A stretch of DNA of 50,632 bases, counting the filler, from Streblomastix strix (taxonomy: Eukaryota), in assembly GCA_008636045.1 (NCBI GenBank). It is 3 parts of 3 records of this genome, joined end to end, with 100 filler letters (N's around TTAATTAATTAA, not from the genome) between each part and the next. Parts side by side here need not be neighbours in the genome. Positions count along the whole stretch, not along the records: positions 16,914 to 33,725 come from SNRW01000764.1; positions 33,826 to 50,632 come from SNRW01000765.1; 1 more part is not named here. One strand, given 5' to 3'. Positions 27,076-38,362 of the stretch are shown one piece after another. How positions within the stretch are numbered: position 1 is the first letter of the stretch; every line of letters starts with the position of its first letter. The notes below the pieces were generated by a model. It did no database searches, was not told the DNA's origin, and saw nothing but the letters and a program-made list of their open reading frames with translations. The position numbers and the translations under genes were made by a program.

Positions 27076-28128
27076 CAGTGGGAAAAAAAAGTCGCCTTTT
27101 GAAAAAAGCCAATAAAAATGTGTAATAGTCATTTTTTGGGTTTTAATAAATTAATGTTCTATGACCTATGACTCGTAGGTTTTTAACCTGTTTTATAAAC
27201 GTTAATTTGAAAGTTATTGAGATTTCGATCTTTTTTATTTTGTTGAATAAAAATTCAGGTTTAAAGAATTTATTGATAATTGTTAAGAAATTGCATTATA
27301 TTCAGATTTTAATGTAAAATTATTGAATTTTAATGATTGAAGAGGTATTTTTGGCCATGAATGATGATAACTTCCATAGATTCGATTTTAGCGAATAGTT
27401 TTACTAATAACTAAACAATAATCTGAACAACAAACATTAATATTTTCATTATTCTGTATGTTTAAAGCTAATATCATTATTATAGCCAATAATTTAAACC
27501 TAGGTACTTCAGAATCACCGAGAGAAATTTTACGAATAAAACGCCTTTTTCTGCCTGATTCATTCAACCAAATTCTACTTAAACCTTGATTATTTAACAA
27601 CTATATTTATTATTATTTATTTACTATTAAATTATATATTTATAACATTTATTAATCGACAAATTTGGCTTACACGAACAAAATTGTATATTTATCGATC
27701 CAAATTTTCAAAACGCTTTTATAATGCATTTCAACAATTATCATTGTTATTTACAGCTAATATACACGAATATAATAAATTATTTGCACTTTTAAAAATC
27801 GAGCGTTTTTTTTCTAATTTTCTGTTCCAACTTCGCTTCTTATAATATTAAAGTCGAATAGTAAACTTATTCTTTTATTTGCATGAAATTCAAATTAATA
27901 TCCAGAAAATTGAGAACTTTTAAACAATTAGATATGCTAAAAAAATTCTTATTTTTTTATCCAGATCCAGGCACTATATAATATTTTAATACCTTAAAAT
28001 TACTTAATTATAGCTGCAACCCATTAAATATCTAGTACATTTTAATTGTTACATTCTAATTGTGCATTTCGCGTTTTTTAAAATGGTAAAAATACACATT
28101 TTTTCAAAAGGCGACTTTTTTTTCCCAG
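27076..28128. mobile_element. Non-autonomous Tc1/mariner-like element (MITE)
   Basis: 29-bp perfect inverted repeats TGGGAAAAAAAAGTCGCCTTTTGAAAAAA (27079-27107 and 28099-28127). Left end ta|CAGTG, TA on both flanks, no transposase inside. Confidence 0.7.
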
Positions 28129-28294
28129 TATTTTGATTGTAATTATCTTATTAAGATAGAATCCTAACCAATTATGTTGATTTCATTAAACTTAAAAAAT
28201 ATACTAATTATTATTATAATTAATTTTCATCTATTATATATTATCATCATCATTTGATCTGTGTAATTTATCTTATAATTTTATACATATAAGA

Positions 28295-31200
28295 ATGACT
28301 TCACCAATTACAGCTAGTGTTCCTCTCCAAATTGGTGATGTAATCAAAGATCGATACACACTACTGAAATAAATTGGAGCAGGAACATATGGAGCTATTT
28401 ATGCAGCGCTTTATAGAGGCAATATGGTAACCAGGCTTGTTGCTATTAAATTTGAGAAGGTGACCCAGAAATACTCACTTTAGTACAATGAAGTTGCATT
28501 AATGAAATTGTTAGCTGGAAGTTCACATTTTGCCAAATTCTATCGATGTGGGACCCATGAAGGATTCAAATTTGTCTGCATGGAACTTTTAGGGCCATCA
28601 TTAATGTATAAATTAACACGAAATAGTTAATATTTCTTTCTATTATTATTATTATTATTTATAGATAATTAGTAAATAGAAAACGTCCATATTAATTAAA
28701 CTTATTTCAACTTCTGAAATTTGGCGTATAAGCAATAAAATGCCTCCAGGAACTGCATAAAGCAGGATTTGTGCATCGAGATGTAAAACCAGTTTGATTT
28801 TCTTAATAAATTTTATATTAAAATCTATAATTATTTATTTTTTATTTCAGGAGAACTTTGTGATAGGAAATACTAAGAAAACAGCAGGTACTATATACTT
28901 GATTGACTTCGGATTGTGCAAAAGACTTCCAGTCGTTGATGGGAAGATTGTAAAGGTGTTATTTAATCATCTTTTTTTTCTGTTTCTTATTCATTTATTT
29001 ACACAAATAATTTCAGCCAACAAATAAAGGATCTTTCAGAGGAACTTTGAGATATGCATCTCCAAATGGACATAAATTATTGGAACTCGGAAGGCACGAT
29101 GATCTGATAAGCCTATTGTATATGATGGTTGAATATTACACTGGAAAGTTACCTTGGTCAAATACTGAGGATATAGTTTGATTTTTTTATTTTTTATTTT
29201 AACTATTTTATATATTTAATTTTATAAATTATTTATTAATTAGAATGAAATACTTCACTTGAAATAATAAAGTATTGGCGGCCGTCTCTTTTCGAAGATG
29301 CCCTTATAATTCCAGGAATTCGAGAACCACATTTTCCAGTTGGACTTTGTAGATGAACCAGATTATAAGAAACTAATTGGATTGATGTTCCTTGTTGCAT
29401 ACAACAGCAAACTTGATTTGAATAACTGGCCATTTGAATGGGAAGAAGAATTGAATCAACAGAGAGAAATTGTGCGTCATAGATTGAATTCAGGCCTGAA
29501 TGAATCTCTGTTTCAATCGAGAAATGAAACAAGAAAAGAAGATAATAATATTGGAAAAGTTAATATGAATAAGAAAATGAATGTGATTAATGATTAATAG
29601 ACACAAAAATTAAATCATATTGTTGGAAATATCAATTTTGAAGATAAGATTAATTATGAATTGACAAACATTAACCTTCTTAAAGAGATTTAAATGTTCA
29701 ATATGATGATAATTAAATAACAGCAATAATAACAACACACTCTGAAACATAAGCAAATTCAGTTTTAAAGATTAATTGTGCAACATTATTAATAGAAGTT
29801 TAGAAGAAGATCATCACAGAAATCTTAATAACAATCAAATTAAGACTATAAATAATAGATTTCATCGAAGGATGATCGCCTTTCACAAAGATAATAAGAA
29901 ATTCAATAATTAAAGAATTCAATCAATATGCCAATATTACAAGTTGCTTAATAGAATAAAATCTCAATTTCAGGTGAATAAAAATTAGTTTTTTAAAAAT
30001 TGAATCATGAAAAGAAGATCGATTAAGACTCGATTGCTTCTCATGATGAAAAATAATCAGAAGAATCTCTATTTTAACTCATTTAACAACCACAGATACA
30101 AAATATTGATGAATAATTAAAACCTTAAATTCCTCATATTGAAGTTCATACTCCAGTTTTTATTATTCAATCGAGTAATAAATCACCTTTGAATACTAAT
30201 TTATCATCATTTAATTAAACATAAGAATAAATTCAAGATTCAATTATTTAAGATGTTTAATTAGAAACAGAATATTAGCAAAATATCAATAAATAAGTTT
30301 TTCCAAATGCAATTTATCCTTTGAAGCGATCAGTATCAGATATTCAACTTTCTCCAAAACTGTTGGAATAGCATTAATAATAATTAATTTAATAAAAACT
30401 TAATAATAATGAAATTTAATTTGATTAATTGCCAATGAATTTAAATATTGTGAATAATAAAGATAACTAAATACTTATACATTCAACATCAACATCATAT
30501 GATTAAATTGAGATCAGAAATTAATTAAATAATCCTATTGATGATGAAATCAGTAATTAAAAGATTAATTCTCATAATGAAACAGAATCAACTAATACAA
30601 CAAATCAATATAAACAAATACCAACTGAAGAAGAACAACATATGATGAAACCTGCTTTCCTTGAGAAGGAATACAGCATCAATTCGCCACAGACAAATTT
30701 CTCTGATTTCAAAGAATCTGAGCAAATATCACAATCGTCTCATCAATCGTCAAATTAATCTTTTAATTAATTCTTGAACACATTTCATTCATTAAAAGAT
30801 AAGCACTAATATATTTCACTATAAGATCAGCATTAATATTCTTCATTGAAAATTCGACATTAATACTCTTCTTCTAATATTAATCGTCATTATCGTACTG
30901 TTGTTAATCATGGATTAGATAAATTAAATATAAATAATAACAGCCCCATATCAAAAGAAACTAAAGTTTAAGAAGAATCTTCGGAAACGACAATAAAAAA
31001 AGAAAATGATTAAATCAATAACAAAATTCATTATCAATCAAACGTTAATATTAAGAGATCGTAATCAAACGTTGATGTACAATAAATGAAACAAAATGAC
31101 TAAATTAAATCCCCAATTTAATATACCCCTAAAAAATACCCAATATTTGATTCAAACGTATAACCAAAACCAATTGAAGTTAAGATCCACGATAATATCA

Positions 31201-32390
31201 GCAAATAGCAAAGTCCACAAATACGAACATCTTCTCCATAGGGAAGTTTATAATCCAATTAGAGTATTGTTGTTAATTCTCCATTCAGCACAAATCTATC
31301 TCAGTAAAGTATTGTAACTCCTTTATCTGTGAGTCCATAATCAATTTCTCCTTGTAGAAGTCCTTCTCCGAAATAAATTGATGCTAATGTTGCATTTCCG
31401 TATAAAACTGAAGAATACTAAATATTTAATTAGATAAAAGATAATGAATAAATTAAAGAAAAGAAAATCGAAGACCAAATAATTGAAAATAACTAAAACA
31501 CACTTAGAAGTAATGCAGAATTTAAAGTAGACTAATATAATTATAAATTAGATAAATAAGACTTAGTTGATTAAATAATTGAAAAATAGTAAATTGAGAA
31601 TTAATTAAACAAAAATGAAGTATATTAAATAAATATCTAATAGAAAAATTAAGAAATTATAATACAAAAGGATTAAACTTAATTAAATAATGATATAAAC
31701 GGATCTTCATTTTATTCTTAAGTATATTAATCTTCTTCATCTTCATGTTCATCTTCTTCTTCATCTGAATCAACTTAAGATCTTGATAATAAACATTAGT
31801 AAATTAATGAAAAATTATTCACTTATATTAATAACAGAAATCCAATTTCTTTCTTAATCAATTAAAAAAGTACTGAATCATTAGAATAAATATCTTAAAT
31901 TATGGTGAGTAAAACAGATTAAACGGAACAAGTTTAAGATTAATAATAAATATCTTCAAGTCCATAATTAAGTGATAATAATGCAATTCAATAATCTGAA
32001 TAAGAAAATCCAGACAATAATCAATCTCTCTAATAAACACCCATTTCGATGTTAAATAATTATCTGTAATTAGACTAATCTGAAATGAACTCAAATTCAA
32101 GTACTGATTCAATATCTATATTTCTTGATCTCATGAAAATGCAAGTTGGAAATGATCATCAGGTTCATCAAATCGTTTCCAGACAAATTCCATAGACTTA
32201 ATTATCAGAAATTCCAGAAGCTTAATCTACTTAATTAATGCAAATGAGCGAAGATTAAAATTCGGATAATGAAAAAGAAAAAGAAAATGAAAGATATTTG
32301 AATTAAAATTAAGTTCAAAATATTTGGAAGGAAGAAGATAATGCAGATGAAGAGAATAAAATATCAAAGATTGATAAAAATGAATTTTGA
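28295..32390 (+). CDS. Casein kinase 1 / tau-tubulin kinase family protein with long Q/N/S-rich tail (~1282 aa); exons 28295-28605, 28665-28791, 28851-28955, 29017-29175, 29244-32390
   Basis: IGAGTYG, VAIKFE, MELLGPSL, HRDVKPEN, IDFGL, FRGTLRYAS, GRHDDL, LPW, EPDY. Four GT-AG introns with consistent phases. Confidence 0.92.
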
Positions 32391-33725
32391 TTAGAGTAAA
32401 AATGTGACGAATAGAACTATGATAATAATAAGTATGATTAAATTATTAAAATCTTGATCAATAAACCACAGAGATCAAATATTTTATAATCAGAATAATA
32501 GAATAATATGATTTCTGTAGATTATAATTGAGTTATTATTAATTATTATTATTATTTATTTTTATTTCTTTACATGCATATTTCTTTATCTTTACTTTAA
32601 TTTGTATGTAATAGTATTTTCATTTACTATTTGAAATATATAAACACCAATTTTCTCATAAATTAGTATTAGATAAATCTTTCTTTTTTGTTTTATTTTT
32701 ATCTTATACATTATTCTAATAAGTATTTGAATTAATTTCCGTTAAATTAGTACAGCACCCATTTCATTAGTTTTTATTCGTATTATTTTCTTATTTGTCA
32801 TAAAATTGAATAATAATTGGATTTAATATTAATTTATTTAATTACTTTTCTTAAACAAATCCAACTATCTATTAATTTTAATTTTTAAATCAATTCTTGA
32901 ACTTATCCATCAATTTCCAAATTTTGCGGAGCTATTTTAATATAACTCATATTGACAACTTTTTATTGTATTATTTTATTATATATTTTAGTGTTTTCTT
33001 GTAAAATTAGTTGTGATCACAAATTTAAAACTAATTTATTTCTCTTTTAATTTCAAATAAAATAAATAATAAAGATTATTATAAATGATATATAAATCAT
33101 TTCATTACATTTTATTTAATTTTATCTCAAATATTTAATTCCTGTTACAAAGAAATTGTCAGACAGATAAATCGAGAGTCTCGAAATTTTTTTATCATGC
33201 TTAATTATAACTTAAATAAACGCAATTTAAATATATTTTTCTAATGCCATTATTTATTACTTATATAATAAAGAAATTAAAAAAAATATGTTTCATGGAG
33301 ATTAACCATTAAATATTATAATAAAAATTAAATTTGAAATATCTGTAATAATTGATGAAAAAATAAAAAAAATCAACAGTATTAGATAGCATAGGCAAGT
33401 GCTAGACGAATAATAAATTCCAAGAATGGAACGCAATTTTGTCAATATACAAAATATAAATTTACTACAATAATAATATTTTCAATCATTATTTTATAAA
33501 TTTTATCTTATGATACATTCAATAATATTTAAAAGTTGTTGTGTGATGTCAATTTTTAATATTGCAAAATGCATTTGAACAACAAAATAATACTCTAAAT
33601 AAACATATTCTATCTATTACATTTAAATTTTATAACTCTCATTCAAATATATCTACGCGTTTCTAATTATAATCGTTTTTTAATTGCTCGTTCAAAATTT
33701 GGAAATTGATGGATAAGTTCAAGAA

Positions 33726-33825
33726 NNNNNNNNNNNNNNNNNNNNNNNNNNNNNNNNNNNNNNNNNNNNTTAATTAATTAANNNNNNNNNNNNNNNNNNN
33801 NNNNNNNNNNNNNNNNNNNNNNNNN
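33726..33825. other. Artificial contig spacer
   Basis: N44-TTAATTAATTAA-N44. Confidence 0.98.
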
Positions 33826-33952
33826 AACAGCAAATGTGCAGCGCTGTTCCTCACCGAAACAGCAGTGCATGCCCATATCCAATATTGGCATGCACAGTTG
33901 GTATGTTTTTTAATTAAAATTTATTAAAATATATATATATTGAAACTTAACT
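33826..33952 (+). repeat. 127-bp direct terminal repeat, identical to 50506-50632 (circular or collapsed tandem contig)
   Basis: AACAGCAAATGTGCAGCG...GAAACTTAACT occurs at both ends of contig 3. Confidence 0.97.
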
Positions 33953-33972
33953 TATATTTTATTTTTTTACAG

Positions 33973-34086
33973 GCTGAACATATCATGCGCCTGTGCTTCC
34001 ACAGGCCGGGAGTGCAAATTCGCGAACGCCAGGATGCTGCTGCGGTCGAGCAAGTTCAATAGCAACCATTGGTGATGCTGAATTGA
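33973..34086 (+). CDS. Last exon of the C2H2 zinc-finger gene that starts at 50236 (wraps through the junction)
   Basis: TTTACAG acceptor, then AEHIMRLCFHRPG...LVMLN-TGA, in phase 0 with exon 2. Confidence 0.75.
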
Positions 34087-34291
34087 TGCCGCTGGGCACC
34101 ATGCGCTGATTTTTATTTTTATTTTAATATAAACACCAATTTTACTCGCACATGCACTTAATAAATACTATTTCACATCAATAAATACAATCATCATATA
34201 ATTTTAATTTATTTTATTGTATTATTCAGGTTTATTTGTGAAATGTCGCACGGTATATAAAAAAATTAAAAATCGCACAGGACGCTCGGAT

Positions 34292-35643
34292 ATGTCAATT
34301 ATAACGGGTGACCATATGTAATAAGATGGCAAATTACGTATTAAACCTAATCCAAGTATATATATTATAATAATAATTAATTTGGACATGATTAACACTT
34401 TTTTTTTAAAAATTTGCAGATTTCTCACGTACACCTATAATTTAATCGTCATCCTCATCTTAATCACCATTTATTAACACTTCAAAATCAATTAAACATA
34501 AAAAAAAACCTTTGGTATGCAAAATATTATTTACAAATCAAATTAATTATTTTTTTTATTAAAATTTCACAGATTCACAGTGATTTCAGTGATGATGACA
34601 TGGATATGAATGTTGAATCTGAGCCTGATATGCATACAAATAAATAAAAGAAGAAATATATATAATTATAATTAATGAGTGGTGAAAAAGGCGAAAAAGG
34701 TGAATATGATGAAGATGATTTTAAGAAGTAGATGAAACAGAATGATAATGTCGCGTCTGATGATGATTAATATGAATCGAAACGCAAATACAGGTCATAG
34801 ATGATCAAAAGCCCAGTTACTAGGTCCTAAAAAAAGAAATAAAAGCAAATAAAATTGGAATAAAAGATTTTGAATGGCATAAGCGAGATCGATAGCGATG
34901 AAATGCTGAGGTTGCAGATAATAAGCGCGTCTGTGGGTGATATTGAGCAGCCCTTGGTGAGCAAATTGTGCAAATGCGTGTTTTCGCTGCGAAATAAGCT
35001 GATCGATGGCCTGAAGCAGCTTCTGATCACACCTGAGGAACTGTCAAACAAGATGAGCGACGAGGAGACATACTGCAATGACTAGTCGCTTTTCGCATAC
35101 CCAAACCTCGACGGTGTCGGCTACATATACGCTATTGGCTGCCACAGCGGGCACTACTTGCTGATGAAAGCGGATCTGGTCGCTCACTCCCTCTCATATG
35201 CGGACACATAGCGCGATTGCAGCGAAAGGTCGTATATTTTGAGCTAATTCTGCTAGTTCTTGCACGATGCGTGGGCTGTGGGGCACGGGGCGGGTAGGGA
35301 GTTCCCTTGGCACTGGCTGTTCAAAGACGAGGGGCGCTAAATGGCTAAGATGTGGTACCAGCCGACGCAGCTGCGCAACTTCCTGCTTCGCCACGCTAAA
35401 AGGCTCCGAAACAAGTTCACTTCAAGCAAGGTCAGCGGGATGTACGCGCTTATAGCGCTGGACTACCTGATGAAGGACGGCTGCGACGAAGCGCACATGC
35501 CAAGCGTCGATTTGGGTGATTCTTTGAAATAAACAATATTATAGCGCTTTTATGCTGGTGAGCTTGATATTATAAATATTGATTATAAAAATGAGCGCTT
35601 ATAGCCAAATTTATTGGGTTAAAAAGAAATTTAAATTGATTGA
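34292..35643 (+). CDS. Ulp1/SENP-like (clan CE) protease-fold protein, 403 aa, catalytic Cys apparently replaced by Ser; exons 34292-34337, 34420-34514, 34573-35643
   Basis: Phase-consistent splicing. ITPEELSNKMSDEETYCNDQSLFAY resembles ITxxD..WLNDEIINFY. HYLLMKADLVAHSLSYADT has the same H-to-D spacing as HWCLAVVDFRKKNITYYDS. KVSGMYAL resembles DCGMFAC. Confidence 0.62.
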
Positions 35644-36395
35644 AATAAAAAAAAATTTTTTTTATTGATTGTGCGCGATTTTAATTTATTTTTTAAATAA
35701 TAAAAAGCTAACATATGGTATAAATTATAAATGCGACATGATAAGCTGAAAAAGCGTTAAAATAAAAAATTTTGAAAAAATAGTCACTTTAGCGTTTTTT
35801 TTAAAAAAAATTTTTTTTCTCTTCTTCTTCGTCTAAGACAACATAAATTTTTTCTTATGTTGAATGCTTTGATATGAACAAGCTCAATCTTTTCAAGAGC
35901 AGCTTTGAGACTGAATGATCAAATAAGATATTTTTTTTTCAATTGTCCTGCTTTCTTCTCTGCATCTTATAAGGTTAATCTCTATATAAAGATTAATTTC
36001 ATATTAATCCAATCTTTCTCTATATTCTTTTTTTTATAAATTTACTATATAGTTCATTCTTATAATTTTTTCCAAATTTGTATAAATTATTCTAAAAGAA
36101 ATAAGAAGGTTATAATCTTTTTTTAATTTATTTTTATAATCAATTCTAGGAAGTAATTATATTTTAACTTTTAAGACTAAACAATATTGAGAATAATACA
36201 GATATATGAATAATTATATGAAAAAGAAACTATAATAAAGTCAGTGAGTTCAATATATATACAAGAGAGAGAAAGAAATGTATAGAAGTTTAAAGAAACA
36301 AAATCTAAACAAATTAAAGAAAATTTAGAATCAATTCTAAGAAATAACTCTGCTTAATCCACTTCTGTTAAAAATACTTGAAATATTAACAGGAT

Positions 36396-36455
36396 GAAAT
36401 TTTAATGAAAATTGCGCCAGAAGAAATCTCCAATAAAATGTGTGATGAAGAAATT
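36396..36455 (+). pseudogene. Remnant of a paralogue of the Ulp1-like gene
   Basis: Translates EILMKIAPEEISNKMCDEEI versus KQLLITPEELSNKMSDEET in the 34292 gene. Confidence 0.55.
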
Positions 36456-37156
36456 TAATAATCAATCAAATTAATTATTTTTTTATAAAAATTTATAAAA
36501 TTTAAATATTTTTTCAAAAATTACATCCTATGATAAAAATAATATTTTTAGAATTATTTTGATCTAATTGTTATTAAAATCTAATGTATGGTTGTTGAAA
36601 AAAATGAATTTAATTAATTTTTAAAAATTATTATTTAAAATATTTAATTTCTTAAATTTTATAAAAATTTTAAAAGTCATCATAATTTATTAAATAATTT
36701 CTAAATTTGTTGATAACATCATAAGATAAGTTATTATGTTTGATATGGTCTAATTTTTATAAAATTCGGCTGTGTGGTTGTTGAGCAAATGTTAATTTAT
36801 TGTTTTTTTAATGACTTGTACTAAAAAAAATTTATAGACATATAGGAAAATTTTTTTTTTCTGAATGTTCGCTTTCTTTCTACCATCATGTAGGTACCCT
36901 ATAAGTGTCCTAGCCTTTTTGTATTACAAGGGTTGTATGTCTCTTTGTTGTAAAGATATTCCTTTTTTTCTAAAAAAAATATAAAGGTTGTAGTGGACTT
37001 TGTATTATACTAAATTCAAATGGTAAGTGAAGTGCTTTCAGTAGCGTATTGGGGTGGAAGACAAGTAAAAAGTGATACGCTAACGGTATATAAAAACCGG
37101 TTAAAAAGCGAACAAGTGACATGGTAAAAAGCGGCACTAAATGGCCTAAAATAAAT

Positions 37157-37860
37157 CGCTTTCTGACTGCTTTCTGAAGCGCTTTTTGCATACTTTGTAA
37201 ACGCTTTTTGCATTCTTTTGTAGACGCTTTTCACATACTTTTGTAAACGCTTTTCACATACTTTAAACTGCGCTTTTCGGGTGTTTCAGAAATTCTGTGT
37301 TTTTGTAAATGACGCTTTTTGCCTGTTTCTAGAGACGCTTTTTCAATGTTTCAAGGACGCTTATTGCATGTTTCTGATGACGCTTTTTGAGTGTTTCAAG
37401 AGACGCTTTTTGGATGTTTCCAGCTGCGCTTTTTCAGTGTTGATAAGACGCTTTATACATATTTCTGAAGACGCATTTCGAGTGATTCTACGACGCTTTT
37501 TGCATGTTTCTGAAGACGCTTATTCAGTGTTTCTAAAGCGCTTTTCTCATATTTTAGTGTTAAGCTTTTCAGAAATGATACATACGCTTTCTGACTGTTG
37601 CAAATTGCGCTTTTTATGTTCTACTTTTGCGCTCCTAGAATGAATGGATTTTCGCTTTTTAAGTGTATGTGATAAGCTTTTGAGTTTCTTATATTAGTGC
37701 TTTCATGGAGATTATGAAGAGCGCTTTTTGGAAGTTTTGGAGAATATTAAGAGAAGCGCTTTTGAGATGATATAATGACGCTTTTTATGGTTGTTATTAA
37801 TGCTTTTCTGGGTGTTTGAGATAGTGTTATTCTAGAAGGTTTAAATTGCGCTTTTATTGT
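37157..37860. repeat. Degenerate 22-23-bp minisatellite (consensus ~CGCTTTTTGCATGTTTCTGAAGA), >20 units, downstream of the RT ORF
   Basis: CGCTTTT recurs every 22-23 bp from 37157 to ~37680 and more loosely to ~37860. Confidence 0.85.
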
Positions 37861-38362
37861 TATTATACTTACTTAAATTCTTTTTAGCGCTTCTTTGTCT
37901 TTATTAGTGTTGCATTCTAGCGCCATGTAATAAGAAGCTTTATAAATAGGTCGCTTTTTGAAGATGCTAGATTAATTATAATTGTTATTTTAATTAATTA
38001 GTTATTTTTAGCGTTTATTCATTTTTAAGAGGATGAAATTAGCTTTTGTATTGTTATTATTATTATTCATTATTTTAGAAGTTTTAAAAGCGTAATAATA
38101 GTATTATTATTATTATAATAGCGCTTGAATAATGGTGATGGAGATTTGAAGAAGCGCTCAAGTTGAGTGTTTTGTAGGAAGAAAGGAAGTTGGATATTGA
38201 TAATATGGAAATGCGCTATTAAGGAGAAGTTTGTTTCATTCATATGTGATCAGCGCTTTATCTCACTGATCAAATGAGATATTGTTTGCGCATATTCAAA
38301 TCAATGATTGATTGCTTTCAGATGCGCTTTTTGAAAGCTTAGTAGAAAGCTCAGAAGCGCTT

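Noticed and set aside
32388..32531. Frame stays open ~46 codons past the kinase TGA (possible readthrough)
   Set aside because: With only one stop codon in this code, such runs are expected by chance.
32894..33725. 33-bp inverted repeat (32894-32926 vs 33693-33725)
   Set aside because: Same contig-end fold-back pattern; probable artefact.
37157..37860. CRISPR-like appearance of the repeat array, and ORFs 37281-37643, 36970-37191 and 37016-37234
   Set aside because: The constant part is only ~7 bp, the intervening sequences are mutually similar and there are no cas genes. The ORFs are by-products of the repeat.
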